From Haplodiscus bocki (Eukaryota), in the NCBI GenBank assembly GCA_965655095.1, contig OZ296651.1, forward strand, positions 117,552,001-117,616,000: DNA of 64,000 nt, read 5' to 3'. Made by a program: the position numbers and the translations under genes. Within the stretch, counting starts at the first letter, position 1. Each line of letters begins with the position of its first letter. Positions 50,904 through 64,000 of this stretch are shown piece after piece. The notes below the pieces were generated by a model. That model saw only the letters and a program-made list of their open reading frames with translations. It was not told the origin of the DNA and did not search any database.

Positions 50904-51702
50904 TTAGATCTGCAGAAAGTTGAAAACCAACGACGAGGGGCGACGACAAAAAACCGACAATTAAGGATTCCAACAGCATAGGTTCACAATGATGGAACAC
51001 ACGAAACAACTGCTATTAGCATTACATTGGAGTATAAAACGCAAGAGCTGAAAATAACTTTGTTCCAAGAGCTCTAATTAGATACTTGCTCATTTGAGTG
51101 TGTCTGCTTTTTGGTAAAGAACCAACGCTTTACCAAGTGTTTCACCTTGCGGTCGAAACAGGAAGAAGTACAGGGTTTTTATCTTACACTGTCTGGGTGT
51201 ATTTCGTTATTAGGACATACAAAAAAGAAAGTTTTCGATAATATACGCTAAAAATGCAGTGCAAAATGTTAAATTTTCTAATCAATCAACTTTACATACA
51301 GTGGGCAATCAGGAACGTTCAATGTTGAGGGGCAGTTTATGAAAACCTAATGTACCTATTTTAACGTTCCAAAAACCATGTTAAAATTGCAGCAAATTCT
51401 TTTCCGCAAATGAACAATGCCCAGAAAGTTTTGTATTAAACTTACTTAAACGTTGAACCGAAAGGAAAAGAGTACGTTGGCTAAATACTGTGCAGACTAC
51501 TCTCAAAGACATCACAAATCGAACAACTGAATTGTTGTAATTAGTAACAGAAAAAACATTTAGAAACAACCATTTCAGCGTTCTTTAAATACAGCAAAAA
51601 GCAAAAACACACATACGAAGAACTTTATATGTGCACCTCTGGAAACCACCGGACAAATTGAAGATATACGTTGGACGTTCAAGAATTCACTTCATGTGTT
51701 GA

Positions 51703-54700
51703 TTAAGTAATGAACTTTATGTTTTTTTGTGAAAGGGCATTCACTTCGTCACATTTCACAGTCGGCGAAGCATTTGATAAGTAGTTTGTCAGTGTTTCTC
51801 TAAGGTAATAAGGTAATATGGGCTGATTAGAGCAAATTACCCCTTTCAAGACATCTTCTTTATGAGGCCATTTTATGATTAAGTTTTCTGCTGTTGACAA
51901 TGCATTCGGGAGGGAGATGTTCTTCTTTCTCAAGTTAAGCAATTTAGTAACTGCCTCAAGCCACTGTTTTTCAAAAAACCTTATTCTCTCTGTTGAGCTG
52001 CTTGCAAGAAAGCCGGTCACGTAACCACACAAAACCCAGGGTCTTCGAGAGGGATCCTGTGTGAATGATGCTCCCAAGCCAACATTATGTTCACGAATTC
52101 GTCGATTGAGGCACATTGTTGAACCAATATATAACAAGTTGTTTTGGGGGACGCTCTGAATAAGGTAACAGTAGCCAACATTCTCCTGCGGTATACTGAT
52201 GGTTGATGGAAACGGGTTTGTAGCACCATGGAAGATCGTTGGGTCACGGGAAGAACACTTATAGAGGAATTCGGTACTCACCTCCGATCAGTGTGAGTTT
52301 TTACTCAGCAAACTCAGGATGGCTCCTTCGTTGGACTGCTTCGATCCCACGAAAGTGATGTCCGCCAGTGATCGAACACGACTCATTACTACGTATAGTT
52401 GCTCTGGCAACCAAAGCGAAAACTCTTGGGTTCCAACAATCTGCGTGGCAGCTGTTGGGAGTGTTTCGCCCATAGTTTTATGAATAGTTGACGCCATGTA
52501 CATTTTGAGGGGGAATTGGATTCTGCGACAACTGGTTCTGTGGTTTAGACGAATGTTCACTCCGATTTCTTTTGCAAGGAAAATACATCTCCAGGTACTT
52601 CGTTTTACAGAGAGTGATGGAACGGATCGGAAACCAGCAGGTGCCAAGGCAACAGTTCCTGTTCCGTTGTCAGCCAATGAGTCCAGGGAAACCAAAACAC
52701 AGAGTTTTCCTTGAAAAAACATCAAATTTGGCTTGTTCACGGTGAGTCGGAGAATTGCTCCGGGGAACAGAAACAACGATTTTGGCTCCAAACAATTATT
52801 GTTTAGAAACTTTGTTACGGCTCCAGAAGCTTCTATCCAGTTGTCCGTACTTGACACACACATTTCATCTGTCGATGAACTTTCATGGAACTGGGAACCA
52901 CTGTCTTTCAATTGATTAATTTTCTTCAACGTCGCATATCTTTCTGCTTTGCGAGTAGCAAAAATTCGAACTGTATCATTTGGTACGTCATCCCAACCTT
53001 CTACGAAACTGCAATTTCGTTCGATCAAATTCCAAATTTGGTTTCCGATGGCAGTTGTTCTGGGAAAAGTTGACACAAGTGACAAAACTTTCTGACCTGT
53101 TTCATTTTGCATACGCACAAAGTGCTGGAGGAAAGTAAAATGAAAAGTTGTTATTGGGAATGAAGAACTGATCAGACAACTTCCTTTGAGTGGAGGAAGT
53201 TGAAAAAAATCTCCTGTTGCAATGATTAGTCTCCCAGCAAATGGCACGTAGTTTGAGCAGATGATTTGGAAAACGTGGTCCGTGGCCGCCCAAAGTTCAA
53301 TAGAGATCAACGAAATCTCTTCAACGAACAACACATCCAAATTCTAGAGAAACCGACTTTTGTCCGGTGATTTCTGGAAGCTGGGCAAAGCTACTCGAGA
53401 AAAAGAGTTAACAGTTCCATTTTTTTCCACCGGGAAAGGATTGAGAGCGTTCAGACGCTTTCCACCTAAAGCAGCCGACCTTTCGGCCGCCAGTGAAGTT
53501 ACCACGCAATTGAGTCCTTGACATATTGCATAGCTCAGAGCTCACAACATGATGAACGTTTTTCCCGTTCCTGGTGCCCCTGCAATGATTTGATGTCTGA
53601 CGAAATTTTGTGTTCCTTCTCTGTACAAGTCCACGATTTCAACTAAATGTTTCCAAATCTTACTCTGTTCACAGTACGACTTCAATGTCTGGCTAGGATG
53701 TCTACCAAAGTCCGGTTTCCAAGCAACAGGTGCAGTTAGGGAAGCATCTATCATACTTTCTTCGCTTGGAAGTCCCATTTGAAATTGGTGTAAGAACTCC
53801 ACCAATCTACTCTTGTTCATCGTCAAATTTGCAGCGACATTTTCTTCGGAGTCGGCAGAGATGTTGCGATCCAAGACAGCTGGTACCCCGGATGCAAAAT
53901 ACAAATTTTTTTCTAACAGTGCCTCTCCTAGAACGCTATTTGCCATCAGCAAAAACTTGTCAATGAGTTTAGAGGATCCTGGCACAAAGCGGAGCTGTTG
54001 CAATAGGTACCGGCGAGCTAGTTGAAGGACAACTGCTACGGTAATGTTGTTACGCTCCACCAGTTTGGCAGCTACAAAAGATTCCCTGAGAGAAGAAACA
54101 GAGAGAATGTCCAATTCGGTGTCAAACGAACCAAAAGTCAGCACAAAGTGCAACAAGGACTTTGTTGGACTACTGGGCAGAGTATTTGTGAAAACCACTA
54201 CGGCTTTTTGTTCTGAGAAACAAAGATTGTACGCCACTAATCTGGGGCAACTGTTGGCTCCTTGCAATTTGGGGACAATGTGTTTGCGGCACTCTTCTTT
54301 CAAAAATTCGTCCCTCCGGTTATCACTCCTTGTTGCACAGAAATCAAGAAAATCAAAGATAGCGGGTGGGCGTATCTTGATTACGTATCCAAGGCAATCA
54401 ACCCAAAAATCATTACACGATGCACGGCTCAACAAAATCTCATGACTACTTTTCCCTTTCGAAATGTTGTTTTTGAATGTAACGAACCAACAGAAATAAC
54501 TTTTCAAACTGCTGACAAACAGAAGCTCTGGTGGTCTCAGGCCAAAAATGGTCACTTTGTCAGGCGTAATCGAACTCTTTTCCACATCTGCCAACAACAA
54601 TTCTTGATTTTTTGTTAATTGCCGATTTTTTGGAAGCTTCAGAATGTATTTCCGAATTTGGACAGCTTCGGCAAAAACAGCACTGAAGTTCATGGTGCTT

Positions 54701-57700
54701 GCAGTTTTTTTTCTATGATTATTCCTGATCTGAACTCTTTGGGAACTGTTGGTACATGAATGAAATCTACGTTTGTGCAAACGTACAGCAACTGCAAAGC
54801 CCACCACAAGCGTTCAGTTATGCTAACAACTCTTCCCGTTACAGATTTGCAATTATCATCATCCTGACGTTTTTTGGTAACGCTGGTTTGGACACCTGCT
54901 ATTTTTTCGTTCACAAAAGGTTCTGTTTGGACTTTCACTTCATTCTCACCAGCAGAGGCTAATATCTTTGTGAACGCCCGACCTTCCACACCGGCAGCAT
55001 ACTTTGCAACGTATAGTGAACACATTTCGTCGTCACAAATTTGTACGTTCGTACTGCTTTCCGTGAAAGCAAACAACGCAGCATTTGTTGGTGACATGTG
55101 TTCATTGTAAGCAGCAGGGTAGTGATGCTTTCCAGCTTTAAGGTCTTCTTCAAATTTGTCTGTTGAAGAGTTAGGGTCAATATAGGACAATTTCATGCTT
55201 CTCAACAAGTCCCAAGTTTCTTTCGAGTAAGTTGTATTTCCTTAAAAGAGAACCCAACTGATGCAGGGTATTAGGGTACCCTACACACTGGCTTTCCTAA
55301 CCAATCAGTTTTCTTCTTACATCTATTTTTTCCCCTGCCACAATCGTGCCGTTGGTATTTTTGGAAAAGTTTTCCCAACCGGAACAGTTCGCTATCCGAT
55401 AACGCTGGACAACATTTGCTCAAGGTGCCCATGAGTGTTTCTTTTGAACAGCAGACTCGGGATTGAACTTCTGGACCAAACTTGTTTTCTCCGGTACACA
55501 CTAGTGCATGGATGCGTGGAAAGGCCAAAGTTTCATCTTGCCACTCGTATCTCATACATAAGTGAGAGATTGGTCCCAAAGGTTGCTCGGTCGAACATTT
55601 CAACCATTGCATTACATACTGTGAGGCGCGAAGCCAACATCTAAGCATAGGCATTATTTCACCTTGTATTACAGATAATCTCAGTTCCTTGGATGTCATA
55701 TCGCGCGGGTAAACTTTGTCAATAGCCTGAAAAGTTTTCCGCAATCCAGGGTGAGTAGATTGCCCACATGTGTATGTAACAAAATAAGTGGGGTTTTTAT
55801 CCCTAATGAGTGCTGCTACTTCGCAGACATTTTTCCAGGATTCTGCCCAATCGAACCTGAAAGTTTCATCGGAAAAGCACCGGTAATTAGTACGCGTAAT
55901 GCCCAATTCTTGCCAGCCTCTCTTCAACAAAGTTTAAAAGACAGTCAAAAACGAACTGAAGGTATGATGTGTGACTGGAGGTTAAAAGCGACCCATCACT
56001 GATGCGAGTTCGCAGCATGTTCTCTAAACCTGCAAAACCCACTTGTTTGTTGTGTCTCTCGGATTGGAACAGGGATATTGGAATTGCTCCTTCAATGCTG
56101 CCATCGTAACTTTGGGACCAGAAAACGGAAGGAAAAAGCAGCCCTTCCGGCTGAAGCAAAGGCGTTGATGATGTTGAGGAATCGTTCAAGTTTTCCATGA
56201 AACGTTTCTCCTTAACGGTTAGGGAAATGGGATGACTTTTTTTCCTGTACAGTAAGTTGCATCGAGAATTCAACAGTATGTGGAGAGGAATATTGTAGTC
56301 TTCGTCTTTGAAAGCCTCTTGTACAGCGACAAGGGCCCCTTCACCCGACCACACGTTCAATTTTTTCATCGCCAATTCACTTTCGCTGATCGAATTTGCG
56401 TTCATGTTGTTGCACAAAAAAGAAGCTACCGATGAATTTGACTTTTGACTTGAACAGTTGATGGATAGATCTGGTTCAACAACGCTTTTGTCCTGCCCAC
56501 ATAAACTAGCTATGTTGGAAGTCAGTTCACACTGTGTAGCATTGATTGCAGCTTCAGCGTTCGGTTTTTTAGGTGTTAACTTTCGTTTTGCTGTAGGTCC
56601 AACTCAAACTCGTAAGTTCGGATGTTTCATTCCCTCCTCGAAGTGTTTCTTACACACACAACTGTTGCACCTTGAGTAGGCACATCTGAGGAATGATGAC
56701 CTTCCACATCGACAGAAGTAGTTGCTACGCCGAAAGTCCTTTGTTAACGGAACATCATGTTTGTCACAAATGAAAATTCCTTGACCGTTTAAATTACTGA
56801 GATAGTGCCACTTTACAGTCGACACCTTTTTAGAGTTAGCTCCTCGGTAGATTAAAAAAGTCCAGTAGTCTCGTAGAAATTTTTCTAGTAAGGTCTCAGG
56901 TGAGTCCAACAAAGGTTCAGCAAACTTGTTAGCTTTCAGTATATGCCAAAAATTGCAGAAGCGACCACTATGCCGAAGCAAAATTACAGCATCTGTACCC
57001 CGAGAACCACAACCACATCCCACAAGCTCAAAATGGACATCAAATAGGACGATATTGAGAGGTGGGTTGACCTTGTTCCTCAGATTGTTTACATCAGTTG
57101 TTGTAGCGATCACGTCTTTCGTATCCACGTTTACATCGCGCAGAAGTTTCTCTGTCAATTCTATTCTTTGGCTCAACTGAAGATGGCATAAGTCAGCACA
57201 TAATGCGCGCAACACCACGCCACCCGCCTGAAAAAAGTTTGAAATCATGTTTGGGTTGTCATTGTTAGTCGCCGCGTTATCCAATATACTGTCAATGTCA
57301 GCTTGAGCTTGTGAAAAACGGTGCAACTTGCTTTCTTTTCCAAACCCAGCAAATGTATGACGCAACAGTGAAAACAAATATGTTGCCAAAACGTGATTAA
57401 CGCCAGACACCATGACTGAACATAAAATTGGAGACATGCAGAATGCTGCTTGAAGAAACCAGAGTGTATCCCCAGTATCATTGTTCAGAGGAGGAGGTGA
57501 GCAGCCATGTTCATTGTTTGGTTGAGCCAAAGCGTAGCACTGAAGAAATTTCACATTACTCAAAAGTTCTTGTTCGTTTTTGTCCATCACTTTCGTCAAT
57601 CGAATGCAGGTGTCAAGATCAACGCCGACATGCTCAGGCATTTTTTCCTTTTTCGGCTGATATTGAGAGAGATCAGTGGCGACATCTTCAATCAATTTAC

Positions 57701-59912
57701 CTTGAACAACCCATTGTCTAATTAAAATTGGAATATCTGACCTGAAAAACAAGGCGGTTCCTTCAGCTTGGAACAAACGATTGCTAGTGATGTTCCAACG
57801 CCGTTTACGTCTCAACGAAACAGTACTCATACCACTATAAGACCCAACGCTCCGAAACAGTTGATAGGGGTGGTTAGCATAGTTAGCCCTTAAGGTACTC
57901 ACACACGACAATGAAGGTGATGCAATGGCTAACGGTTTCCTCAAACAAAGTTGGAACTCGTCCCAGCTCCGGGTGCCTGGGGGATGCAAGAACTGTAACG
58001 CACATCCCCTGTCATGCGCAGAACAAGTTTGAACAACCAAACCTTCTTTCTCATGTAACCGCACTGTGGCAGCCACTAGAAACGTGTTTAAGCACATTAA
58101 AGGGCGCAAAAAGTCGAGTCTAGCGCCTCTGAGTTTTTTGAATGCAGACGCTTGGAATGATCTGAAAGTTCTGTCTATCAAGTTTATAAAATGCTGCGCT
58201 GGTATGTACCCAGCATCTTCGATAAACGTCCAACAACCAAAAGGGCAACGTATGTCTGGATACGGTTCCAAGTCCAAAGCTTCAGCCATTTCTTTTTGTC
58301 TCATTGTTTTCATTAGTTGCTCGAAACGTTTCAATCTCTGTGCTCCATCAACAGTAAAGTTGCCAAGAATACGCGGCCGATTTAAAACACGCTGGATGCA
58401 GATAGGGAAAAGGGTAATTACCCCCAGCCAATGTTGCTGTTTTTCCAGGGGTAACAACGAGCAAATAGCGACTAAACAGGCTTCCGGCTTGGAAGTATCA
58501 GAAAGGAGCGTGAAAAAAACAGCTGGCCAAGCCATTTGCCAGTTCAACTTTGGTGCAGTACAATAGTTATAACAGACACAACATAGATCTATATTTTCGT
58601 TTTCCAGCTTCCTGCCGAACTTTCTTTTAACCAATCCAGCTTTGCTGCAGGTTTTAATGTCGAACCGAAAATATACCGTGGCTTGACGCATGCACTTGCC
58701 ACAAATGTTGGCACCATCGACAGTATCTGTCAAAACCAATTTTGACTCAATTTCAGCGGTTGATTATTCAGTCAATTTCCATGATGGTACAAAAATTTCA
58801 GTCAATTCCAGTAAAATCTCATCAGTCAACTCGCCTTCAGGCAATCTGTGGAATTGATGTTGTAGATGTTCCACAGCAGTTGGAGGACGGCCTCTATTTT
58901 GCGTTGTAGTATTTTCTGCACCACAAAGAGCTTCCGCCAAACAAAAAGATGTCACAGCTGTATTAGTTTCTCTATTGTCGATCGAGTATTTGGCCACTGG
59001 ATATTCTGAAGTCCGTCTGCGCTTCTGCAAGGCCTCAGTTTCATCAAGTGCTTCAAGCGCTATCTCGATTACGTGGCAGTGAGTATTCATTGCTGAATTT
59101 CCACCTTGACTACTGGAACCAGCAAAATCTTCTGATAGGGGTAATGAAGTGTGGTATGTTTCGGTCAAGTCACTAATTACTTCAAAGTGACTTCCAGTTC
59201 GCGTTTGTTGAATGAAAACTCCTTGTCTGTCGTTCGAGCAGTCCCATTTGTAAAAGAACCAATTTTTCAAAAAACTCTGGTATACATAAACGTCCTATTT
59301 AAAAAATTGACAAAAGGTATAAACTTCCACATAAGTGCCAAAAACTCCACTTTCTGCCATTCGCGATTTCTGCAGGTAGTGGTTGACAATTGGGCTGGTG
59401 AGAAGTTTGTTCTGGTTGGGGAACTCCGCGGAACAGTCTCAAGTTTGCGAACTGTTTTCCGGAAAAGTTGCCAGGTCCATGTTACTCACAAAATGTTTCC
59501 TCAAACCATGACCACTTTTATGAGATAAACCAACGGCCACGCCCAGTGCAGTGAAGAGACAATTACCATCACCCACTATGGAAAGAATCTGCGAGGGTTG
59601 GACAGAAATGAGGCGAATGTTGGTTTTATTCACAATCATGCCGCTTGTTAGGGAACAGGATAGTCCCATCGCTTCCAACGTTGATTCTAAGTGCAGGGTA
59701 TCAACAGAAGAGACTAGCAAATTACTAACATGTATACTGTACAAAATTCTTAATGGTTCGCTAGTTGAAGAAAACTTTTCAGTGTTATTCGGACACGAGT
59801 GATTACGTTCACTGAAGCATCCACATTTTGCACAGCGACGTCTTTTCAAATCACTCTTACCAGATGGCATTACTCTTTCACAAGAAGCTTCGCGCAAAAG
59901 TTTAACAACCAC
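51703..59912 (-). pseudogene. Disrupted OTU/Rep/PIF1/GIY-YIG polyprotein of D
   Basis: At least nine colinear ORF fragments: GDGNCLFTAL, RYEWQDETLAFPRIHAL (first HUH His lost), YVAKY, GAPGTGKT, GDFFQLPP, QLYVVMSRVR, CYLI..YIGST. Confidence 0.9.
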
Positions 59913-60068
59913 TCATCTTTAGTAGTGAATACATTGTAAGGAGTGGGCGCCATTATAGAATCAACGTACAAAATGACATCGTTTTGCTCGGCTTTCAAAC
60001 TGTTCAATTAACGGTAGCATCTAATTAATTCGAAAAAAGTAGTATCCAGAAAAATACATGCAATGTGG

Positions 60069-60106
60069 GCCTTGGTTTTGCGCAGTTAACGGAGCAAAAC
60101 CAAGGC
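60069..60106. promoter_or_regulatory. 12-14-12 perfect inverted repeat upstream of D polyprotein
   Basis: GCCTTGGTTTTG-N14-CAAAACCAAGGC. Confidence 0.55.
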
Positions 60107-63100
60107 ATTCATCAGAGAATGAAAACAAACAGGTACTTACTTGGAGAGGCGGCGATGTAATGAGTGTTAATTGCGAATCTTGTGTTGTTTAAAAATCGTA
60201 TTTAAGAAAATAATTTCCGTTCGCCCATACAAGTGGAACGCATCTCGATGTTACGGATTCCCGTAATTTAGTAGTGTACATGGCGAGTTCTGTCAAGTTT
60301 TTTTCCACAATCCTCAATAAAAGAGACTACAATGCACATCACAATGGTTCTTAGAAACCAACAATGTTCAGTTGGAAAAACCAACTGAGAACGCATAAGT
60401 GTTGAGCGAATTCATACGGATTTCGAAAGGTGTTTGGGAAAACTGTGCACTTTAGCAGGCCTGCAAGTTAACCTAAAAAGAGTAATCATGAAAAATGAGG
60501 AGGCAAGAAATGGAGAAAAAAAAGTTTTCCGAGATCTTACTATTAATTCAGGCAAACTGAAATTATGCTCTATTGTTTATGACTGAAGTCTGGCAGGAGG
60601 TAACAATTGACTCCACAAAAAACATCGTCAAGTAGAAAACCCGAAAACCTAACCAATTAGAGAACTATGTTTGAAAGATTCTCACAATCTTGTTTTTCTC
60701 TTGGGAAAATCTTGGCTTCCAAAATCATTGCATTATATGGAAATTATGGAAGCTGAGAAAACCAGGTGATTTAGTTGAGAAAACAATCGCTTGGAGCAGC
60801 TGTTGGTCAATAAAAATTCAATCAATAATATCAAAAGCGCCTATGTATATGCTAAAGATGAAAAAATCAAGTTGATTATTTTACAAAACAGACGGGATTT
60901 TTGAAAGTTTGAAACAAGAAACAGCAGGAGCCCGTCTTTTTTTCCCACGAAGAACCATGTTAACAATTTTACTTTGTCAAAGTTTCATTTGAACAACTAA
61001 AGAATGTAAAGACTCAGTATTTGTCGAAATTTATTGAAATTGTCGTCAAAGAGAAGTCGTTTTCTTATAAGTGCTTCCCAAAGATAGTCCACAGTCAGAT
61101 GCGTGGAGCTTCCACGCCAAAGATAACACACAGTTTGCCATGAATGTTGGGGCAGCACTTTTATCAATAATTGTTTTCCCCAAGCAAGGGTTTTTTGCTA
61201 ATATCTGCACAAAACGCGTCCGAATCCAAACACTGTCGTCCGAAAAGTTAATTTTTTGCGGTCAAAACTTTTGATAATATGATCTGAATTATGGTCATTC
61301 GGCCTTGATTTTCGTTCCAAAAACGGTAAAAACAATTGAATGGTTGACCACATGGAAAATGAAACGAAAATCACAGGCAACACAAACATGCAGAACGTTC
61401 AATACAAGCAAAAATACGCTGAAATGACGCACACACTGTCAAGTTTGTCAGAAACCTATAGGGAATGTAATTCTGCGAACTTGCACATTAACACTCTGTA
61501 GCTTTTAGGCGGTAGATGGTTAAAAAATAAATAAGAACAATTTCTCTTCCGTAGCAAAACCGTTAACATGCTCAACTTTGGGGAGCCCAACGACACTGTT
61601 CGTTTATTGCCAATCATCTTTGGAATCCATCGGTGTAAATTTAAAGTTACGATTATGCGTTCACATTCCAATTTTCCTTACGCCTCATGCTCCGTCAGTC
61701 ACATTAGCAATTCGTGTACGTTGATAACAGTGGAGTTCCTCTCTGCAATTCGGAAAATGTGGAAGAATACCTACTAGTCAGTCAACGATTCTCACAAACA
61801 TTATCCAGCATTTTTCGTCCAGGAAAATGTCAGTTAAATAAATTCCTCAAAACAATTAGGTCAAAGTGTCAACAGAATCCATACGATGTTGACCATAGTC
61901 AGTTGAGACACCAGTGAGTCACGATTCACAGGATGAAGAGTTGAAACGATCGAAAGTGTCTAGTTCAGAGGGTTCAAATGGGGGATGGGTATTTGCAATG
62001 TCGAGTTGACGCTAAAGAAATTATGATTTCATATCAACACGCTTTATCCAAAATCTAACTTCGGCAGTAGTTCAGAGGAATAACAGGTAGCCATATTTCA
62101 CCCGTCTGCGGATAGTTTTTTTTCGACAATGAGAAGCATTTTTCACATAAAATTCAAAACTTTTTTTGAAAAAGTTCAAAACTCCGATATGTAGGCTTCA
62201 GAACCAACCAAAATAATTCTTCCGAAAAACTCAGACAAAACAATTTGTGAAACGCGACAATTTTTGAACGGTCTGTAGAAGAGCAAAATTGTCCAAATCG
62301 GACACACTCAAAAACGACATGAAGATTAAAGAAGCATCGTTTTAAAAGTACACGTTACTTCCACAAATTGTTAAAGTTGCTTCCACTAACCACGTTTAAT
62401 GTTGACAAAAGCTCGAAATGTAGAGAATCGAAGTACTACTTTCACGACTTCATAAATGAAGGGCACAGATTTATTCGACTATGAGTACTGATTCGCCATC
62501 AAGTTGGCCTTCATCATGTCAATATTTACGGTTGACGATTATTTGATGAACACAACTGTCTCAATTCAATGATGATTATGACTAGTAACTATTTCTCATC
62601 TTTTTGTTCTCCAGAAGCATCAAACGTTCTATATACGTTTTGGACGACACATGAATGAAATTGTTACATAGAGGATGAAATGTTATGGCGCAGAACTTCT
62701 TATTCATAAATTTTTCAAGTACAGAACACCTAACTGTACTTTTTGATGTTTTGAATAAATCAACTGACGTGAAAGAGCACACAAAACCTATATCGTTCCT
62801 CTGAAGCGCGGAGGACGGCAACGAGAACCACCAAAAAATGCTTCAAGTACATGACTCATAGCGCAATCCAAAGATTTGTTTACAAAAACTGGATTGAATA
62901 AAAGGAACGGAACTGTACTGAAAACGTTCGATGTTATGGAAGCCGGTAACGGGTAGTTCTGCGGAGTTATATTTTAATTCAGCAGCTCATAAAGTGGAGA
63001 ATTTGTTACTTTACCATTCTGAGCTGGCTTCGGGAAGATATCGTCCGGAAAGTACGTTTGCCATCCTTCATTGCTGCCGTCACGAACTTTAACAAAAAAA

Positions 63101-63329
63101 ACAGGGAAATTACTATAGGTTTTGAGGAACATCCCCACTTTTAGTGTGTGAGGCGAACTCTGTACGTATCAGTTGGATCCGCATTGTGCGAGTTAATCTC
63201 GAGCCTGTAGAAAAGTATCGTAAAAAAAGAACAAACAACAGTTTCCAATTATAATAACAGCAATTTAGAATTGCGGAATATTCATCAGAATTGATGCAGA
63301 AAAAAAAGAAAGTTGGATAGAAAAAGCCC

Positions 63330-63371
63330 CGCTCTCTAGTAATTTCCACCGTTGCCTCCACTGGGTGGTCA
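63330..63371 (+). repeat. Junction motif J7 (D|E), core 63355-63365
   Basis: CGCTCTCTAGTAATTTCCACCGTTGCCTCCACTGGGTGGTCA. Confidence 0.9.
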
Positions 63372-64000
63372 CGCTCTTAAGCCCCACAAAACCGTTTGCG
63401 AGGCGGGGGAGGGGCCCTGTGCCGAGCTTCATAAATCAAGTTTACACCTAACCGGACCCCCCCGAAAAGGAGACGATCTCGAAACCTAACCATACGATTT
63501 CGATCAAACTTTGCATGTGGATAGAGTCTGCCGATGTATGAAGATTTTTGGCACTTACATCATTTTCTTTTTTTTCGTTGGGGAGATATGACGCAATGAT
63601 CCTGTTTTTTGGCAGGTTTCGATGTATTTTTCGCAATATCTCCACACTTTAACCATAGCATTGGACTCAAATTTTTTCTGTGAAGCACAATTGTTGTGGA
63701 CTACCTACACGCCAAAAATTTTCGGCCAGGGCTTTTTGCCCTAGGAGATATGACCTTTCAAAGTTGTCAAAAATAGGCCAAAATCGACCAATTTGTCATT
63801 TCTCCCAAGTTGATGTTAAAAAGTGATGTGAGCCTTCGTCACAACGTGACGGGACTTGTGTCAAATGAAAGATAATTTTCCGACAAAAAAACAGTTTTGG
63901 TCAAATTGCCAAAAATAATGACGGCTATGACGATTTTTTGTGGAGGAAAAAAAACAGGTAAAAAGTCAGTTTCTCCTCTACTTCATCTGAAATCCGTCAA
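63355..64000. mobile_element. Unit E: start of another A/D-family element
   Basis: Terminal module followed by ATTTTTTGTGGA...GAAATCCGTCAA, matching D 47061-47126 rather than the mini-element tail. Confidence 0.75.

Larger units (their letters stand above)
46482..63365 (-). mobile_element. Unit D: ~16.9-kb complete but decayed Helitron-like element
   Basis: Bounded by cores at 46482 and 63355; terminal module 46494-47070; three-gene cassette on the minus strand. Confidence 0.87.

Noticed and set aside
8149-63365. CRISPR or integron-like array
   Set aside because: Repeats are kilobases apart; no cas or tyrosine integrase gene is present and the context looks eukaryotic.

Overview
AT-rich, apparently eukaryotic DNA (a spliceosomal-type intron is visible) with no recognisable host gene. 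The whole window is a head-to-tail array of large Helitron-like rolling-circle elements from three divergent families (A/D/E, B, C), interspersed with ~1.05-kb non-coding mini-elements. Each large element encodes a ~2700-aa polyprotein: Zn-knuckle, OTU-like protease, HUH Rep (Y2), PIF1-type helicase and a C-terminal SLX1-like GIY-YIG nuclease. In C and D this is followed by an SGNH-fold gene and a ~330-aa Cys-containing unknown gene. All copies carry frameshifts or stops; B and C have only two apparent frameshifts each. Every intact unit boundary contains the same 11-bp core CCTCCACTGGG in the same orientation (7 copies: 8149, 26187, 27239, 30414, 45426, 46482, 63355) with no host DNA between units, which suggests a self-targeting, array-forming rolling-circle system. 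Other notable points: the gene cassette of C is inverted relative to the termini; C has a signal-peptide/2A-like leader joined to the polyprotein by a +1 frame offset at an A-run shared by two diverged copies; and a 12-14-12 inverted repeat is conserved upstream of the polyprotein in two families.
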